From the human T2T-CHM13v2.0 reference genome, Homo sapiens, in assembly GCF_009914755.1 (NCBI RefSeq), contig NC_060927.1: a DNA stretch of 64,000 bases. One strand, written 5' to 3'. Both the position numbers and the translations under genes were made by a program. Positions 44,309-59,185 of the stretch are shown piece by piece (within the stretch, counting starts at the first letter, position 1; each line of letters starts with the position of its first letter). The notes beneath the pieces were generated by a model. It worked only from the letters and a program-made list of their open reading frames with translations, was not told the DNA's origin and did not search any database.

Positions 44309-46764
44309 TTATCATTAGTATGGTTTTGTTTTAAATTTTATTCAAATGTTAATCAGCATGACATAAAAAATACTAGAATATCAATTCAACATAATCTGCT
44401 AAATTTGAATTGCTCCATGGCAGTTCTCTAACACTTGAAACAAATTTTTGTGGCCCCCCCAATCAAAGTGATTTTACTGAATCCCATCTTGGTTATGAGT
44501 TAGGTTTAAAGATGAAATTATCCTATTTATTACATGAATGTAATTCATGGTACTGCCTACACTACTAGTCAGTGCTTCCTTTAAAATAGCCCTTGCAGAA
44601 ACTTCTTCACATCTGAAAGCTATTTTGAAAGTTTCGTCTAAGAAACCAAATACTAATTGTGTTTCTCTTTTTGTTTCCTCGGCTTAAAGTTCAGGGCTTA
44701 ATTTTGAGCACATAAAAAGCAATCATGGGAGACCTGAGACTTTATCCTTTTATTTCCTTTCATTATTATATTATGTATAAGGAGAGCTATTTTCTTTCAT
44801 TAATGTTAATATATCTTATCTTAATGTATATATTTTAATATATTTTCTTAAGTTCTCTTTAGATATGTTTTGGTGTGGAGTTTATCCTTCATTAATTGCA
44901 CAAACAATTCTGAAATAGCCATTATACATTCCAATCCACAAGATGGGCAATATTTGGCAAAAGGAATGAAAGTTCCTGGCTTGAAAGACTTACAAGTAGA
45001 TGGGGAAGACAGGAACATAAGTAAACACCCATGTAACAGTGTCATGACCAGAAATCTATGGAAGACTTGTTTATAATGTCTTACTAAAGCCATGTCTTAA
45101 AGTCTGAACAAAAGAATTACAAATATTTTTAAATACCTTATACATTAAGTGCTGAATTAGCAACCTTCTTCCATTTTTTCATACACGGTACCTCACACAT
45201 TACTCCATTATCTGTATAATAACATATGCTCACATAAAAGTACACCTTGTACACTATCATATTTCTTCATCTATTCATTCACTTGCCCAAATATTTATTA
45301 TTAAATGAATAAACAAATACAAAGAACACAAAATATCTACTCTCCAGTAGTTCTCAATTTAATAGGAAAAATAATTTTAAAAGTAGGTCACAACTCTCCT
45401 TTATCAAATGAGATGATGCGTTTCATTTAATTTACATAAAAGCCTTAGAGGTTATTTTCCCAAATATGCACATGAGGAAAATGAGATTTAGAGAAATTTA
45501 AGTAACCCAGAACACATATATTTGAGGGTAAAGTGCTGGGTTTCAATCCACTACATCACCATTATTAACCTAAGTTCATGTTTATATAACAACAACATTA
45601 TAACAGTTAACATTTATTGAATACTGACCACTTTGTGTATGTATATTAAATTTATACAAATAGAATATCATTTATATATTTGTTATATATATTCATATAT
45701 ATATGTGGGTAAAATTTCATTTAACATTCCTACCAACACTCTGAGATAATCACTATGACTTTACATATAAAGAAACTTGCCTATGGCCCACATCTAACAT
45801 TATGATAGGCTTGGGATTTAACTACCTACACAATTTTAATTTTTATATCCCTATTGAAAAACAGCTGTATATAGCACGTAATTTTATTATGCATAATGGA
45901 ATGAATAGTTTTCCTTTCTATCACATTTTAACAAGCTGTAAGACAAAACAGCTTAAGTATTAAATTACATACTCCTACATGCAAAAAGAAAAAATGTTAA
46001 TATAAATATTTTTCTATCTTTGCACCAGAAAGTTTATACAAAAGGAAACGAAACAGATAAAAAGTATTAACTCGCCCTCCAGAAGACAACACTACTTTCG
46101 GCAAAAAAAGATCAGGATAAATTTTTAAACATCTTCATGATGCAGCTTCATTCAGAAATATTCTGGCATTCTTTGCAGATAGGAAACAGTTTGCTATCTG
46201 AGAGACTGGCCAAAAACCTTACTTTCAAGTAAAATAGGGCTCTATTCATAAGCTCCTACATGTACACAAGTTACTCTTTATACTCCTTTCAGACAATGAT
46301 AAGAATAGAAACTATTTAATTCAGGAGCTTGAACATATTACAGTAAAAGTATTTTGCATTTGCATGGGTTCAGGAGTTAGTAGTACTATATTCCTAAGAG
46401 CTTTATTTTTGCCTATATTGCTTCTACGTTTCTGGCTGCTGTAGATACTCAATGAACTTACAGTGAATGAAGGAAAAAATCAGTCTTAATGACAAAACTC
46501 CCTAGAATCAATGCTTCATACATATAATCTTCCATGTTATGTCAGCAATTTTTTGGAATAAAAATGTTGTTGTAAGATATCAGCTCTGGCTGATGTTAGA
46601 ACAAAGATACATAAAAATGTTTTATAGATTAATAATGAATATTTTCAACTCTTTGTTCACCCTCAAAACATGAATGATAAAATATAACTATCTATGAAAT
46701 ACATACAAGTAGCAACATGCCTAGAATATACACATCACACAGGTAAAAATGCACAGTGTCAAGA

Positions 46765-46985
46765 ACATACAGTAGTCTGGAGCCAGACTCCCTATATTCA
46801 AATCCCAACTCCAACACTTAAAATTGTGTGCCCTTAAACACGTTACTTACATTTATGCACCTCAGTTTTCTCGTCTGTAAAACTGAGTCAATTGTACTAC
46901 CTATTTTAGGAGTTTTGTGAAGTTTAAATGAGTTATTATATGTAAAGTAGTTAAAACAGTCGTTTGTTATATAATCAGGTAGTAT
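46765..46985 (+). mobile_element. MIR SINE
   Basis: TTCAAATCCC..CTCC..CACTTA..TGTGTG..CTT..CCTCAGTTTTCTCGTCTGTAAAA core. Confidence 0.7.
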
Positions 46986-47345
46986 TAATTTTTACATATC
47001 AACTTTGAAAATCCAGCACAGATAAAATTAGTCAATAAAAATGCTGAAGCCTTGTAATGATTTTTTCTCAATGCTTTGACTAAGCTAACAGAATAAACAC
47101 AAGAGCACCCAATCGTAGTAAGCTATTAAATATTAACCACAGGACTCTTTCATTAGGTTCAATTATTAGCTGGTTTTTCTGTCAAAAAACAGTTCTGAAA
47201 CACAAATCTAGCAAATGGCTGAATCATCATGTTTTAACACTATATCCCCATTATCTATCATAAAATCAAAACTATAAAATAATTTGCCTTTTTTCCTATA
47301 AATCACAGTATTTCATGACAATGTACTTTCTATTACTACATTTCA

Positions 47346-47528
<183 letters not shown>

Positions 47529-49968
47529 CTATAATCATCTAATTTAAAAGCATGTTTTCTGCAGCAGGTATATTCCTTTAGTAATTCTACTAATATATCA
47601 TCTGTAGGTGCACACTGAATAGTCTTCTCCAGAATATGAATTGTAAAGCAGGACAAAGTATGTCTAGAAATGTCAAAAAAAAAGTCTTATAAATCATAAA
47701 GGTCATTTTATTTCATATTATATTAGATATAATACCGGAAAGGATGATCAAAAAAGAAAAAGCAAACAATGAAATAGAGTTTTAAATGGGATAGTGAGAC
47801 TTATTAGGAAAAATACAAATAAGAGTCACATGAATAGTAATTTAGTAATAAGATAAACCTGTTTAAAGGCTGAGCACAGACACCTACAGTAAATGGGGCA
47901 GTAGTAATGTGACCTCTAACTAACACAACGCCACACAAAATAAATACTAAGTAAGCTTTGTCACCAAAAGACACTAAGCTCTTCCAGGAAACTATGCTAC
48001 TATAAGCTAAGCTTCTGGGCAGTGATTCAGGGGTACTGATTCAGGAAAAGAGAGCTTGCAGATCAAAACAGATCTAGGGCAACCACTAATAACAGTCATC
48101 TGACAAATCCTAGTGACAGTAAGCTAAAGTACAATATTATTTCTCTACCCATTTTCTTTCAGATCTCTCTGAGTATCCCCTTTGTGAGGTATCTGTTCTT
48201 AAACAGCTATTGGTATTCATTTTAACTGTAAAAAAAAAATTCTGTGCTCTTCTGTGTGTTTTGGGGAGGGGTGGTGTGAAGGAAGAAGGATAGGTGACAG
48301 AGGTAGACACACTTAGATTTGCTCTGAACCCTCAAACAAAATTTTTAATATCCCTAGAATTTGAACATGTTAGGGAAGATCCGGCTGAGTAAACAGCAAG
48401 TGAAATTACTACATCTTCTGCAATTTTAATACCCAGTAGTGGTATGAGCATTCATATTAATAGGCTTTTTAAATTTTCTTTCCACAAACTATAATTTTGC
48501 CTCATGCTATTTAAAAGCACCTAAAATCCCTATTATCATTATATGATCAATAATTTTTCATTGGAAAGGTAAAATGAAATCAAAAGAAAAAAGTCCATGT
48601 TAAACATGGGGATCAAAAAATGTACCAAAGTGTCAACTAGAGTTTTCTAGCTTCTTAAAGTCCTAAAGGGGATGTTAAAGTGTGGAATACATGAAGTAGT
48701 TGGGTACCATTTTGCCAGATTCCTCTCAAATATTTGGGATCCTGTTCAAATATTCTTATTGTACTGAAACACTGAAACAAACACTGCTGAAACAAGAACT
48801 TTAAAATGGGAAAAACTTTGTGTTGTACAGATATTATAGATATAGCTACATTTAATCTCTACAGCAAAATTAGAAGACATGGACAAGTAAGCCATTCACA
48901 TTTCTTCTGGACTACAGGATAATTCAGGAAACAAATTACAAGGCAGGAAAGATGTAGTCATGATATTAACGACATTTCAAGAGTCAATGTGGTCATTTTA
49001 ATGTGTCTTGATAATAAAAACAGAAATAAATATTTTACTGTTGTCAAATGACAAAGGCAAACATTAATCATTTGTGTTCTACAAAATATGGTTTTGAAGG
49101 AAAAATATCTATGTGGAAATGTATCCCCTATTTAGCATTATTTCTTAAAAAGATAAAGAATATGCAAGGGTGAAAAGCATAGTTTTATTTAAAATATCCT
49201 GAGAAAAAGTTTTTTTAAAAGACAGAAAAAATTTCCCAAATATTTGGCCATGTCTAAAATCTCTATTATATATAAAGACTGGTATTTCCACCATCTCAGA
49301 AATCTTATTAAAAATGTAAAATTTATTTCATGAGTTATTGATCAGTCTACTAGAATCCCTATATGAATATTAAAATGATCACTAGTTTTAAAATGTTAGA
49401 GCATAAAAGACAGCACTTTTAGTTTTCGGAATTAAACTTGTCACTTTCCTACCCTCTGCTTTTTATCTCAATTTGTTTCCTAGATAACTAAGATATTTTA
49501 GAAACATTACTTTTGACTAGAAACTTCCCTCTTTTGGACCTCTCACCACACAGGCAGAGGTTATCCACCATCACCACCCCCCATTTACATCTGTTTTCCT
49601 CATGAAAACTAGAGACATTTTTGCTGGCAGCTCTAGACGGTGCAGAAGGCTGTTTATGCAGTTAGGCTGCTCTGGGCACTCCTGGGCTACTAGGTGATAG
49701 TATTTTCCTGATTCTTCTTTCACAATATCAAAATGTTTCCAAGTATGATGTCATTTTCATTGACAGAGAAACTTTTCCGCCCAAATCCTTTCCTCTTTCT
49801 TCCTTTTAAAAATCATATCCAATTATTCAAGGTCACAGTGACCCAAGTACTACAGCTTTTATGCACAAAATTCACATCTCTATTTTTATTACAAATCAAA
49901 TTAGTTTCAGAAATGAGTTATGTTCATGTGTAGATCAGGTGATTAGCTCTTCCCCTGTTTATCTTTTG

Positions 49969-52900
49969 TAATCAGTGTGCAAAAATTGCAAGCATTCCTA
50001 TACACCAATAATAGACAGAGAGCCAAATTATGAGTGAACTTCCATTCACAACTGCTACAAAGAAAATAAAATACCTAGGAATACAACATACAAGGGACGT
50101 GAAGGATCTCTTCAAGGAGAATTACAAACCACTGCTCAAGGAAATAAGAGAGAACACAAACGAATGGAAAAACATTCCATGCTCATAATAACGTGAAAAT
50201 GGCCAAACTGTCCAAAGTAATTTATAGATTCAATGTTATTCCCATCAAGCTACCATTGACTTTATTCACAAAACTAGAAAAAACTACTTTAAATTTCATA
50301 TGGAACCAAAAAAGAGCCCGTATAGCCAAGACAATCCTAAGTAAAAAGAACAAAGCTGGAGGCATCATGCTACCTGACTTCAAACTATACTACAAGGCTA
50401 GAGTAACCAAAACAGCAAGGTACTGGTAACAAAACAGATATATAGACCAATGGAACAGAACAGAGGCCTCAGAAATAACACCACACATCTACAACCATCT
50501 GATCTTCGACAAACCTGACAAAAACAAGCAATGGGGAAAGGATTCCCTATTTAATATGTAGTGCTGGGAAAACTGGCTAGCCATATGCAGAAAACAGAAA
50601 CTGGACCTCTTCCTCACACCTTATAAAAAATCAACTCAAGATGGATTAAAGGCAAACCTAAAACCTAAAACTATAAAAACCCTAGATGAAAACCTAGGCA
50701 ATATCATTCAGGACACAGGCATGGGCAAAGACTTCACGACTAAAACACCAGAAACAATTGCAACAAAAGCCAAAATTGGCAAATGGGATCTAATTAAACT
50801 AAGGAACTTCTGCTCTGCAAAAGAAACCATCATCAGAGTGAACAGGCAACCTACAGAATGGGAAAAAAATTTTGCTATCTATCCATCCAATATCCAGAAT
50901 CTACAAGGAACTTAAACAAATTTACAAGAAAAAAAAAAAACCACTCCATCAAAAAGTGGTCGAAGGATATGAACAGATACTTCTCAAAAGAAGACATTTA
51001 TGTGGCCAACAAACATGAAAAAAAAGCTCATCATCACTGGTCATCAGAGAAATGCAAATCAAAACCACAATGAGATACCATCTCATGCCAGTTAGAATGG
51101 CAATCGCTAAAGTCTGGAAATAACGGATGCTGGTGAGGATACGGAGAAATAGGAACGCTTTTACGCTGCTGGTGGGAGTGTAAATTATTTCAACCATTGT
51201 GGAAGAGAGTGTAGTGATTCCTCAAGGATCTAGAACCAGAAATACCATTTGACCCAGTAATCTCATTACAGGGTATATATCCAAAGGATTCTAAGTCATT
51301 CTACTATAAAGACATATGCACATGTATGTTTATTGCAGCACTATTTACAATAGCAAAGACTTGGAACCAACCCAAATGCCCATCAATGATAGACTGGATA
51401 AAGAAAATGTGGCATATACCCTCTCCCCTCTCCCCTCTCCCCTCTCCCCTCTCCCCCCTCCCCCCTCTCCCTCCACGGTCTCCCTCTGATGCCGAGCCAA
51501 AGCTGGACGGTACTGCTGCCATCTCGGCTCACTGCAACCTCCCTGCCTGATTCTCCTGCCTCAGCCTGCCGAGTGCCTGCGATTGCAGGCGCGCGCCGCC
51601 ACGCCTGACTGGTTTTCGTTTTTTTTTGGTGGAGACGGGGTTTCGCTGTGTTGGCCGGGCTGGTCTCCAGCTCCTAACTGCGAGTGATCCGCCAGCCTCG
51701 GCCTCCCGAGGTGCCGGGATTGCAGATGGAGTCTCGTTCACTCAGTGCTCAATGGTGCCCAGGCTGGAGTGCAGTGGCGTGATCTCGGCTCGCTACAACC
51801 ACCTCCCAGCTGCCTGCCTTGGCCTCCCAAAAAGCCGAGATTGCAGCCTCTGCCCGGCCGCCACCCCGTCTGGGAAGTGAGGAGCGTCTCTGCTTGGCCA
51901 CCCATCGTCTGGGATATGAGGAGCCCCTCTGCCTGGCTGCCCAGTCTGGAAAGTGAGGAGCGTCTCTGCCCGGCCGCCATCCCATCTAGGAAGCGAGGAG
52001 CGCCTCTTCCCCGCCGCCATCCCATCTAGGAAGTGAGGAGCGTCTCTGCCCGGCCGCCCATCGTCTGAGATGTGGGGAGCACCTCTGCCCCACCGCCCTG
52101 TCTGGGATGTGAGGAGCGCCTCTGCTGGGCCGCAACCCTGTCTGGGAGGTGAGGAGTGTCTCTGCCCGGCCGCTCCGTCTGAGAAGTGAGGAAACCCTCT
52201 GCCTGGCAACCGCCCCGTCTGAGAAGTGAGGAGCCCCTCCGTCCGGCAACCACCCTGTCTGGGAAGTGAGGAGCGTCTCCGCCCGGAAGCCACCCCGTCC
52301 GGGAGGGAGGTGGGGGGGGTCAGCCCCCCGCCCAGCCAGCCACCCCGTCCGGGAGGTGAGGGGCTCCTCTGCCCGGCCGCCCCTACTGGGAAGTGAGGAG
52401 CCCCTCTGCCCGGCCAGCTGCCCCGTCCGGGAGGGAGGTGGGGGGGGGGAGTCGGCCAGCCGCCCCGTCCAGGAGGTGAGGGGCGCCTCTGCCCGGCCGC
52501 CCCTACTGGGAAGTGAGGACCCCTCTGCCCGGCCAGCCGCCCCGGCCGGGAGGGAGGTGGGGGGGTCAGCCCCCCGCCCGGCCAGCCGCCCCGTCCGGGA
52601 GGTGAGGGGCTCCTCTGCCCGGCCGCCCCTACTGGGAAGTGAGGAGCCCCTCTGCCCGGCCAGTCGCCCTGTCCAGGAGGGAGGTGGGGGGGTCAGCCCC
52701 CCGCCCGGCCAGCCGCCCAGTCCGGGAGGGAGGTGGGGGGTCAGCCCCCCGCCCGGCCAGCCGCCCCATCCGGGAGGTGAGGGGCGCTTCTGCCGGGCCG
52801 CCCCTACTGGGAAGTGAGGAGCCCCTCTGCCCAGCCACGACCCCGTCTGGGAGGTGTGCCCAGCGGCTCATTGGGGATGGGCCATGATGACAATGGCGGT

Positions 52901-53790
52901 TTTGTGGAATAGAAAGGCGGGAAGGGTGGGGAAAAAATTGAGAAATCTGATGGTTGCCGGGTCTGTGTGGATAGAAGTAGACATGGGAGACTTTTCATTT
53001 TGTTCTGTACTAAGAAAAATTCTTCTGCCTTGGGATCCTGTTGATCTGTGACCTTATCCCCAACCCTGTGCTCTCTGAAACATGTGCTGTGTCCACTCAG
53101 GGTTAAATGGATTAAGGGCGGTGCAAGATGTGCTTTGTTAAACAGATGCTTGAAGGCAGCATGCTCGTTAAGAGTCATCACCACTCCCTAATCTTAAGTA
53201 CCCAGGGACACAAACACTGCGGAAGGCCGCAGGGTCCTCTGCCTAGGAAAACCAGAGACCTTTGTTCACTTGTTTATCTGCTGACCTTCCCTCCACTATT
53301 GTCCTATGACCCTGCCAAATCCCCCTCTGCGAGAAACACCCAAGAATGATCAATAAAAAAAAAAAAATAAAAATAATAATAATAATAAAAAAAGAAAATG
53401 TGGCATATATACACCATGAAATACTATGCAGCCATGAAAAAGAATGAGTTCATGTCCTTTGCAGAGACAAGGATGAAGCTGGAAACCATCATCCTCACCA
53501 AACTAACACAGAAACGGGAAACAAACACTGCATGTTCTCACTCATAAGTGGGAGCTGAACAATGAGAACTCGTGGACACAGGGAGGGGAACATCACACAC
53601 TGGAGCCTGTTGAGGGGTGGAGGGAAAGGGGAGGGAGGGCATTAGGACAAATACATAATGCATGCAGAGTTAAAAACCTAGATGACGGATTGACAGGTGC
53701 AGCAAACCACCACAGCACATGCATACCTATGTACAACAAACCTGCACGTTCAGCACATGTATCCAAGAACTTAAAGTAAAATTTTAAAAA
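49969..53790 (+). mobile_element. 5'-truncated L1PA (older, about L1PA8-like): ORF2 3' part plus 3' UTR, split by an SVA at 51419-53390
   Basis: ORF2 remnants in ORFs 50193..50429, 50721..50915 and 51326..; the L1 sequence resumes seamlessly after the SVA and ends at AGAACTTAAAGTAAAATTTTAAAAA. Confidence 0.92.
51419..53390 (+). mobile_element. Full-length SVA retrotransposon (about 1.97 kb; subfamily undetermined, possibly SVA_C/D), antisense to PLOD2 in intron 7
   Basis: CCCTCT/CCCCTCT head, Alu-like domain, GC-rich VNTR (about 51850-52860), SINE-R, AATAAA plus A tail; 19-bp TSD AAAGAAAATGTGGCATATA at 51400-51418 and 53391-53409. Confidence 0.97.
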
Positions 53791-54926
53791 GCTACCAAAT
53801 TCATAATTAAGATGTATATTGTTTGATATTTAAAAGAAAAGGCTGAACATTAAAATATGCATCTTATACATTACTAACAATAAATGGGTTTCAAGAAAAA
53901 GTAAACCTTCAAATTAGAAACCAGTTTCTATCTAAAAATTGATTCATATTAGATTTATACAGACCAAGTATGAAAATAATTATTTAAAATACCTAAATAT
54001 GTTTTAAATAAAATGTTAATTAAGAAACACAAAATTGTTTATATACTACTATGAAAACAAAGGAAAATATAAATGTTCATAGATATATACTGAGGAGACA
54101 TAAAAACTGAAAACAGCTATGAATTAAAACCATATGGGAGGGCAGTATAAATGATTTTTAAAATTACTTAAAATTGTTAATATTTTTTCCAATGGCATAA
54201 AATTTGGAGAAAGTAGGAAATAAGCTCATTTTTTATACTTTAGTATCATCAACATACTATAATCACTTCACCACTTATAGATTATATACATTTTTAATGA
54301 AAAAACTGCTTAAATGTTTAGTTCAATATTATGGCTCAAAACCACTATCATTATAAACATCCATTACTAAACAAAATAATAAGTAAAACTAACTTACAAA
54401 AAATCATACCAAAAAATCCTTCCACCTTTTATAAAGGTTAAAAAATGTTTGTAATAATCAGCCTTCTTTCCCCATCAGCCTGGATAAGAAGAATACGTGA
54501 CATACTCATTTGAATTTATTTAACTTTAACCTAATACTATAAAGTATTAGTGTTAAATGTTTACATATTCAAATTTTCTCGAGTTTTTGTATTATACCAA
54601 ATATAATATCTATAATAAAACTTCATATTTTATTGTCTAATAGAATAACAAAATGAACTAGATATGATAATATCAGAGAAAACATAATAGGAGCATCACA
54701 TAGCTTGAAATGCCAGAAACAGTGATAGTGCAAACTGAAAATGTTTCCAAGAAGACTTAATATTTCTTAGTACACCTAGGTCTTTCTAAATGATTAAGGA
54801 TTAGTGCTCCTTTTCTTGTGATATGTCCTTTAGTCACTTTTTAAAGCTCCAGTCAGCATCATCCTGGAAATTTGGAAGGAATTGGTGATCACGTTGAAAT
54901 CACTGAACATAAGGCCTTATCCATAA

Positions 54927-55253
<327 letters not shown>

Positions 55254-55442
55254 TAAATTTGATTAAAATATTATATTACCAAGGAGGAACAGAACACTAT
55301 GTAGTTATGGGAAAAGTGGGGTTCTACCAGCTCTTGACTAACTGGCACTGACAGTATCACAGACAGCTAAAACAGTGACTACACACACATAGTAAAGGGA
55401 TTCATCTATTAAATTTGCCTAGGGAAAGTTACAGTGACCAAC

Positions 55443-55742
55443 TTTTTTTTTTTTTTTTTTTGAGACAGAGTTTTGTTCTTGTTGCCCAGGCTGGAGAGTA
55501 ATGGCGTGATCTTGGCTCACTGCAACCTGTCTCCCGGGTTGAAGCGATTCTCCTGCCTCAGCCCTCTACAGTAGCTGGGATTAAAGGCATGTGCCACCAA
55601 CCCCGGCTAATTTTGTATTTTTAGTAGAGACGGGGTTTCACCATGTTGGTCAGGCTGGTCTTGAACTCCTGCCCTCAAGTGATCCACCCACCTAAGCCTT
55701 GCAAAGTGCTGGGATTACAGGTGTGAGCCACCATGCCCAGCC
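55443..55742 (-). mobile_element. AluS (Sx/Sq-like)
   Basis: Full dimer with T tail. Confidence 0.9.
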
Positions 55743-55839
55743 AACCAATAGTAATTTGATAATGCTTTTGCCCTGCCAGAAAATAATCTGCCTTACTACT
55801 CCCAAGAATAATGCTAGGTCATTAGATTATTGACTCTAA

Positions 55840-57380
55840 CATTCAATTAAGATTTGTTGAAAGCGTAGTATTCGCTACACATGTGCTGGACCCTGGGGAA
55901 ACAAAAGTAAACAAGACAGATAAGGTTTCTGTAATTCCTAGACCAAAGGCCTAGTAAGAGAGACCAGAAAACAGGCAAATATCATTCCTGTCCAGTGTGT
56001 GATACATACTGTAACAGAAGTAGCTCCAGAGATTACAAAAGCATACAAGAGACCCAAAAAGTAAAGACTACACTGACACCTAAAAGATAAGAAGGACTTA
56101 GCAGGTAGAGATGCAGCAGGTGGGAATTAGGGGGAGAGGATTCCAGGATATATAAAAAGCATGTATGTACAGAAGATTTGTAGACACAGCAACATGAAAC
56201 TTCTGCAAAGTTGAAAGTAATGTAGTATTGCTGAGCGGAGAGGGAGAAAGGAGAAGAAATTGAATGTGAAGAGGGTGTGCATGTGTAGGGTTGGGAGTGG
56301 GAGAGTGAATGGGGTGGTAGATTGGTGGCCACTAAAGCAGGAGCAACATAAAGAGCCTTGTATGACAAGTTGAGGATTTTCAACTTCATACCTAAGTTCA
56401 CAGAAAATCATTATATAGGTGAGTAGAGTGACAGGGTTTCTGCTTTGGCAGAATACTCTAGTTCCAGGCTGCTGGGGGTGTGATTGCTACTAGAAGGAGG
56501 TTGCAGGTGGCCTGAACTAAGAAAGTTGCTATGGCCACTGAGAAAATCAGATAAAACCAGCATGCACAGGAGTTAGAACAGAGGGCTTTTGGAGTGGGAA
56601 GTGCCTAGAGCCAAAACAAAACCCAGGTTCTGGTTAACCACTGGGTTATAAGGGGAGGTAATGCTGCAAGTCTTAATCTCTGGGTATATGTAACACAGAA
56701 ATCTACCACTTGAGTATTCTGACCTGGAGCTTAGGAAAGACACAGGAGTTAGAGGAAGGATTTGAAAACCACCAGCATTGAGAGAATTCACTGATGAGGA
56801 AATGACTCAAATTACCCAACAATGTATATGGAAAAGAAAAGGAAGAGGCCCCAGACAGGCCCCTGTGAACATTTACTAAAACAGTAAGGATGAGGGTCAC
56901 TACATGCACACAAACTGAGCTGTAAAATTTTTAAAATAAATATTTTGAAGAACCATAGAGATTGAAGAGGAAAGCCCAGAAAATAAATAGACAAAGCAGC
57001 AGAGCATCGTGGAAGCAAAGGGAAGGAGCATTCAAGTAGGACCAAACGAAATCAATGAATTGTCAGATGCTGTCTTTAGGTGAAATAAAAATAAGGGCTG
57101 AACAATGTCCACTACTCAACAAAGATTTCACAATGGACCTTAACAGGAGCATTTCTTACTGTGATGGGAAGAGGTGGAGTAGTGACAGCGAGTTATCTAT
57201 ATTTTAAGAAACTTTGGCTGTGAAGGGGAGGAGAAAAGCCAGGTGCAGCCTGGAAGGCAGTGTGGATTGAAGAGGATGTTCTACCTTGTGTTGGCTTGGT
57301 TTGGTTTCATTTGTAAGATGGAGGAGACTTACTGGTCTTTAAAATGCTAATGAGGAGATGACAGAGCTGGGGAAACTGAT
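55840..57380 (-). mobile_element. L2 LINE remnant
   Basis: Purine-rich plus strand beginning with the reverse L2 3' end (CATTCAA..ATTTGTTGA..TGTGCTGGACCCTGGGGA..AACAAGACAGA). Confidence 0.65.
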
Positions 57381-58316
57381 TATAAGATAGAGACTGAAGG
57401 AGGGCACAAGATAGAGATTGCTTTGTAGGAAGGCTGGAATGGGATGAAAACCAAAGGGGAAAGATTAACTAGAAGAGACGGGAATCTACTTCTTTCAGTT
57501 TGATGGAGCAGAAGTTGCCAGCATGCGTTTTCCTTGCATTTCTTTCCATTCACATAGCTTTTCCTGGAATTCAGATCACTCACTCCTCTGGAACAGAAGC
57601 CCACATCCCCCAGTATTTTCTTCCCACAACAAAAATCTGTTAATCCCTTTTCTAGGTACTTAAACCAGGCATTTCAGCATGTCAGAAGGTTGTTGTAAGC
57701 ACAGTATTACTATATTTTTTCAATGCAATTTATGTTCCAGCTTGATTGGACCCAAGCAAAACAAACTTTTCATCTATAAATTTTGCAGTCAATAACATTT
57801 TTAGCAAGCTCAATTATACACATTTGAAACAGAAAGGCATCCAAAATTTTATTGGTCAAATTATGTCACTTTCATTAACTGTAGTTAATGAAATAAGAGA
57901 AAGAGGAAGCTTTCTGGCCATATTGTAATACCCCAATCTTAACAGTGTTGTTAACTTAGAAAACGGCAAGTCAGGTGAAACAAATGATCTCTTAATGTCC
58001 TGAGCAATTCCTAATGAGAAAGGATACCCAGTATGAGAGAAATGTGGCTCACTCCCAAGTTAGTTGTTATTATTTAATAAAACGCCAAATGTGCTGTAAA
58101 TAGAATAAAAGGCTATCACTCTGCTGAGGAAAAATCAGTTTGATTAATTAATTAGTATAAAACCAGATGATATACTGTGTAAAAGATGAAGTCTTTATTT
58201 TAGCACCAAAATAAAGTCTTTGAAAGAAATTTTTAAAAATAAAATAGATGACATTCCACATATCAATCCATAGTCTATCTCCAAGAATTGGCCAAATAAA
58301 AGTAACTGTTACTTAC

Positions 58317-58414
58317 CTTGGTGGGTCCATTTCCATTAATTGCCACTGGTAATGTTTCATAAAATGTATTCTTAGCTCTGGCTTTGCCATTTTCAAATTT
58401 TAAAACAACTTCAT
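58317..58414 (-). CDS. PLOD2: PLOD2 exon 7 (98 nt): (D)[32 protein letters not shown]
   Basis: Acceptor cccAG|AT GAA, donor AAG|GTAAGT; open frame. Confidence 0.96.
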
Positions 58415-59022
58415 CTGGGTTAAAAAGAGAAAATAGGCTTTAGTAATTTAAAATACGTGTGTGTGTGTCTGTATTCGTGTGTCTGTGTGTGTATGTGTGT
58501 GTATCATCATTACAAAATTTCTCATGGATGTAATATTCCAAGTGCTACAACACTTCTAGTAACTTCATCTACTCCAAGCCAGCAGATACCCAAAATGAAG
58601 GATGACAGTGACAACAGATACAGATACCAAACTCACTCCAACCTGGCACCAGTAAAGTGATTGAGGTGCTAAGCCAGTGAGCTGTCTGTCAGAATAATTC
58701 ATCTTGCAATCCTGCCTTTGCCCCTTCATAGTATTGTTATTCTTGCCAAGTTAAATTAGTAACTCAGTTTAGTCATCTATCAAATGGTATCCACGTCTGT
58801 CTTTTAGGGTTATTATGAAGATAATAACAATATATGCATGGTGAGTAGAATATTGTCTGGCATAAGCAAGGGTTCTACAATTGGCTACCAATGATAATAT
58901 TTCCAGTTCTTAAAAATCAGACTTAGCACATTAAGCAAGATAAAACTCAAGTCAGAGAGGAGCAGAGCCATCGTCTTAAAATTTCCTGAGCACTCCAAAC
59001 TAAACATTTTGCATTGTGGGAA

Positions 59023-59185
59023 TTTTTTTTTTTTTTTTAGAGACTGGGTCTCACTTTCTGGCCCCGGCTGGAGTGCAAGGACACAATCACAGGTCATTGC
59101 AGCCTCGAACTCCTGGGATCAATCAATCCTCAGCCTCTCATATAGCTGGGACTATAGGCACGCACCACCATGCCTGACTAGATTT
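59023..59185 (-). mobile_element. Alu monomer fragment (AluJ/FRAM-like)
   Basis: Single Alu arm with T tail. Confidence 0.75.

Noticed and set aside
51850-52860. Array of roughly 37-50-bp repeats that could be mistaken for a CRISPR array or a CpG-island promoter
   Set aside because: It is the SVA VNTR: no unique spacers, eukaryotic context, and embedded between the Alu-like and SINE-R domains
51529-53349. Cluster of long overlapping ORFs (up to 183 aa) on both strands
   Set aside because: All lie in the GC-rich SVA VNTR, Alu-like or SINE-R sequence; stop-poor repeat DNA, not genes
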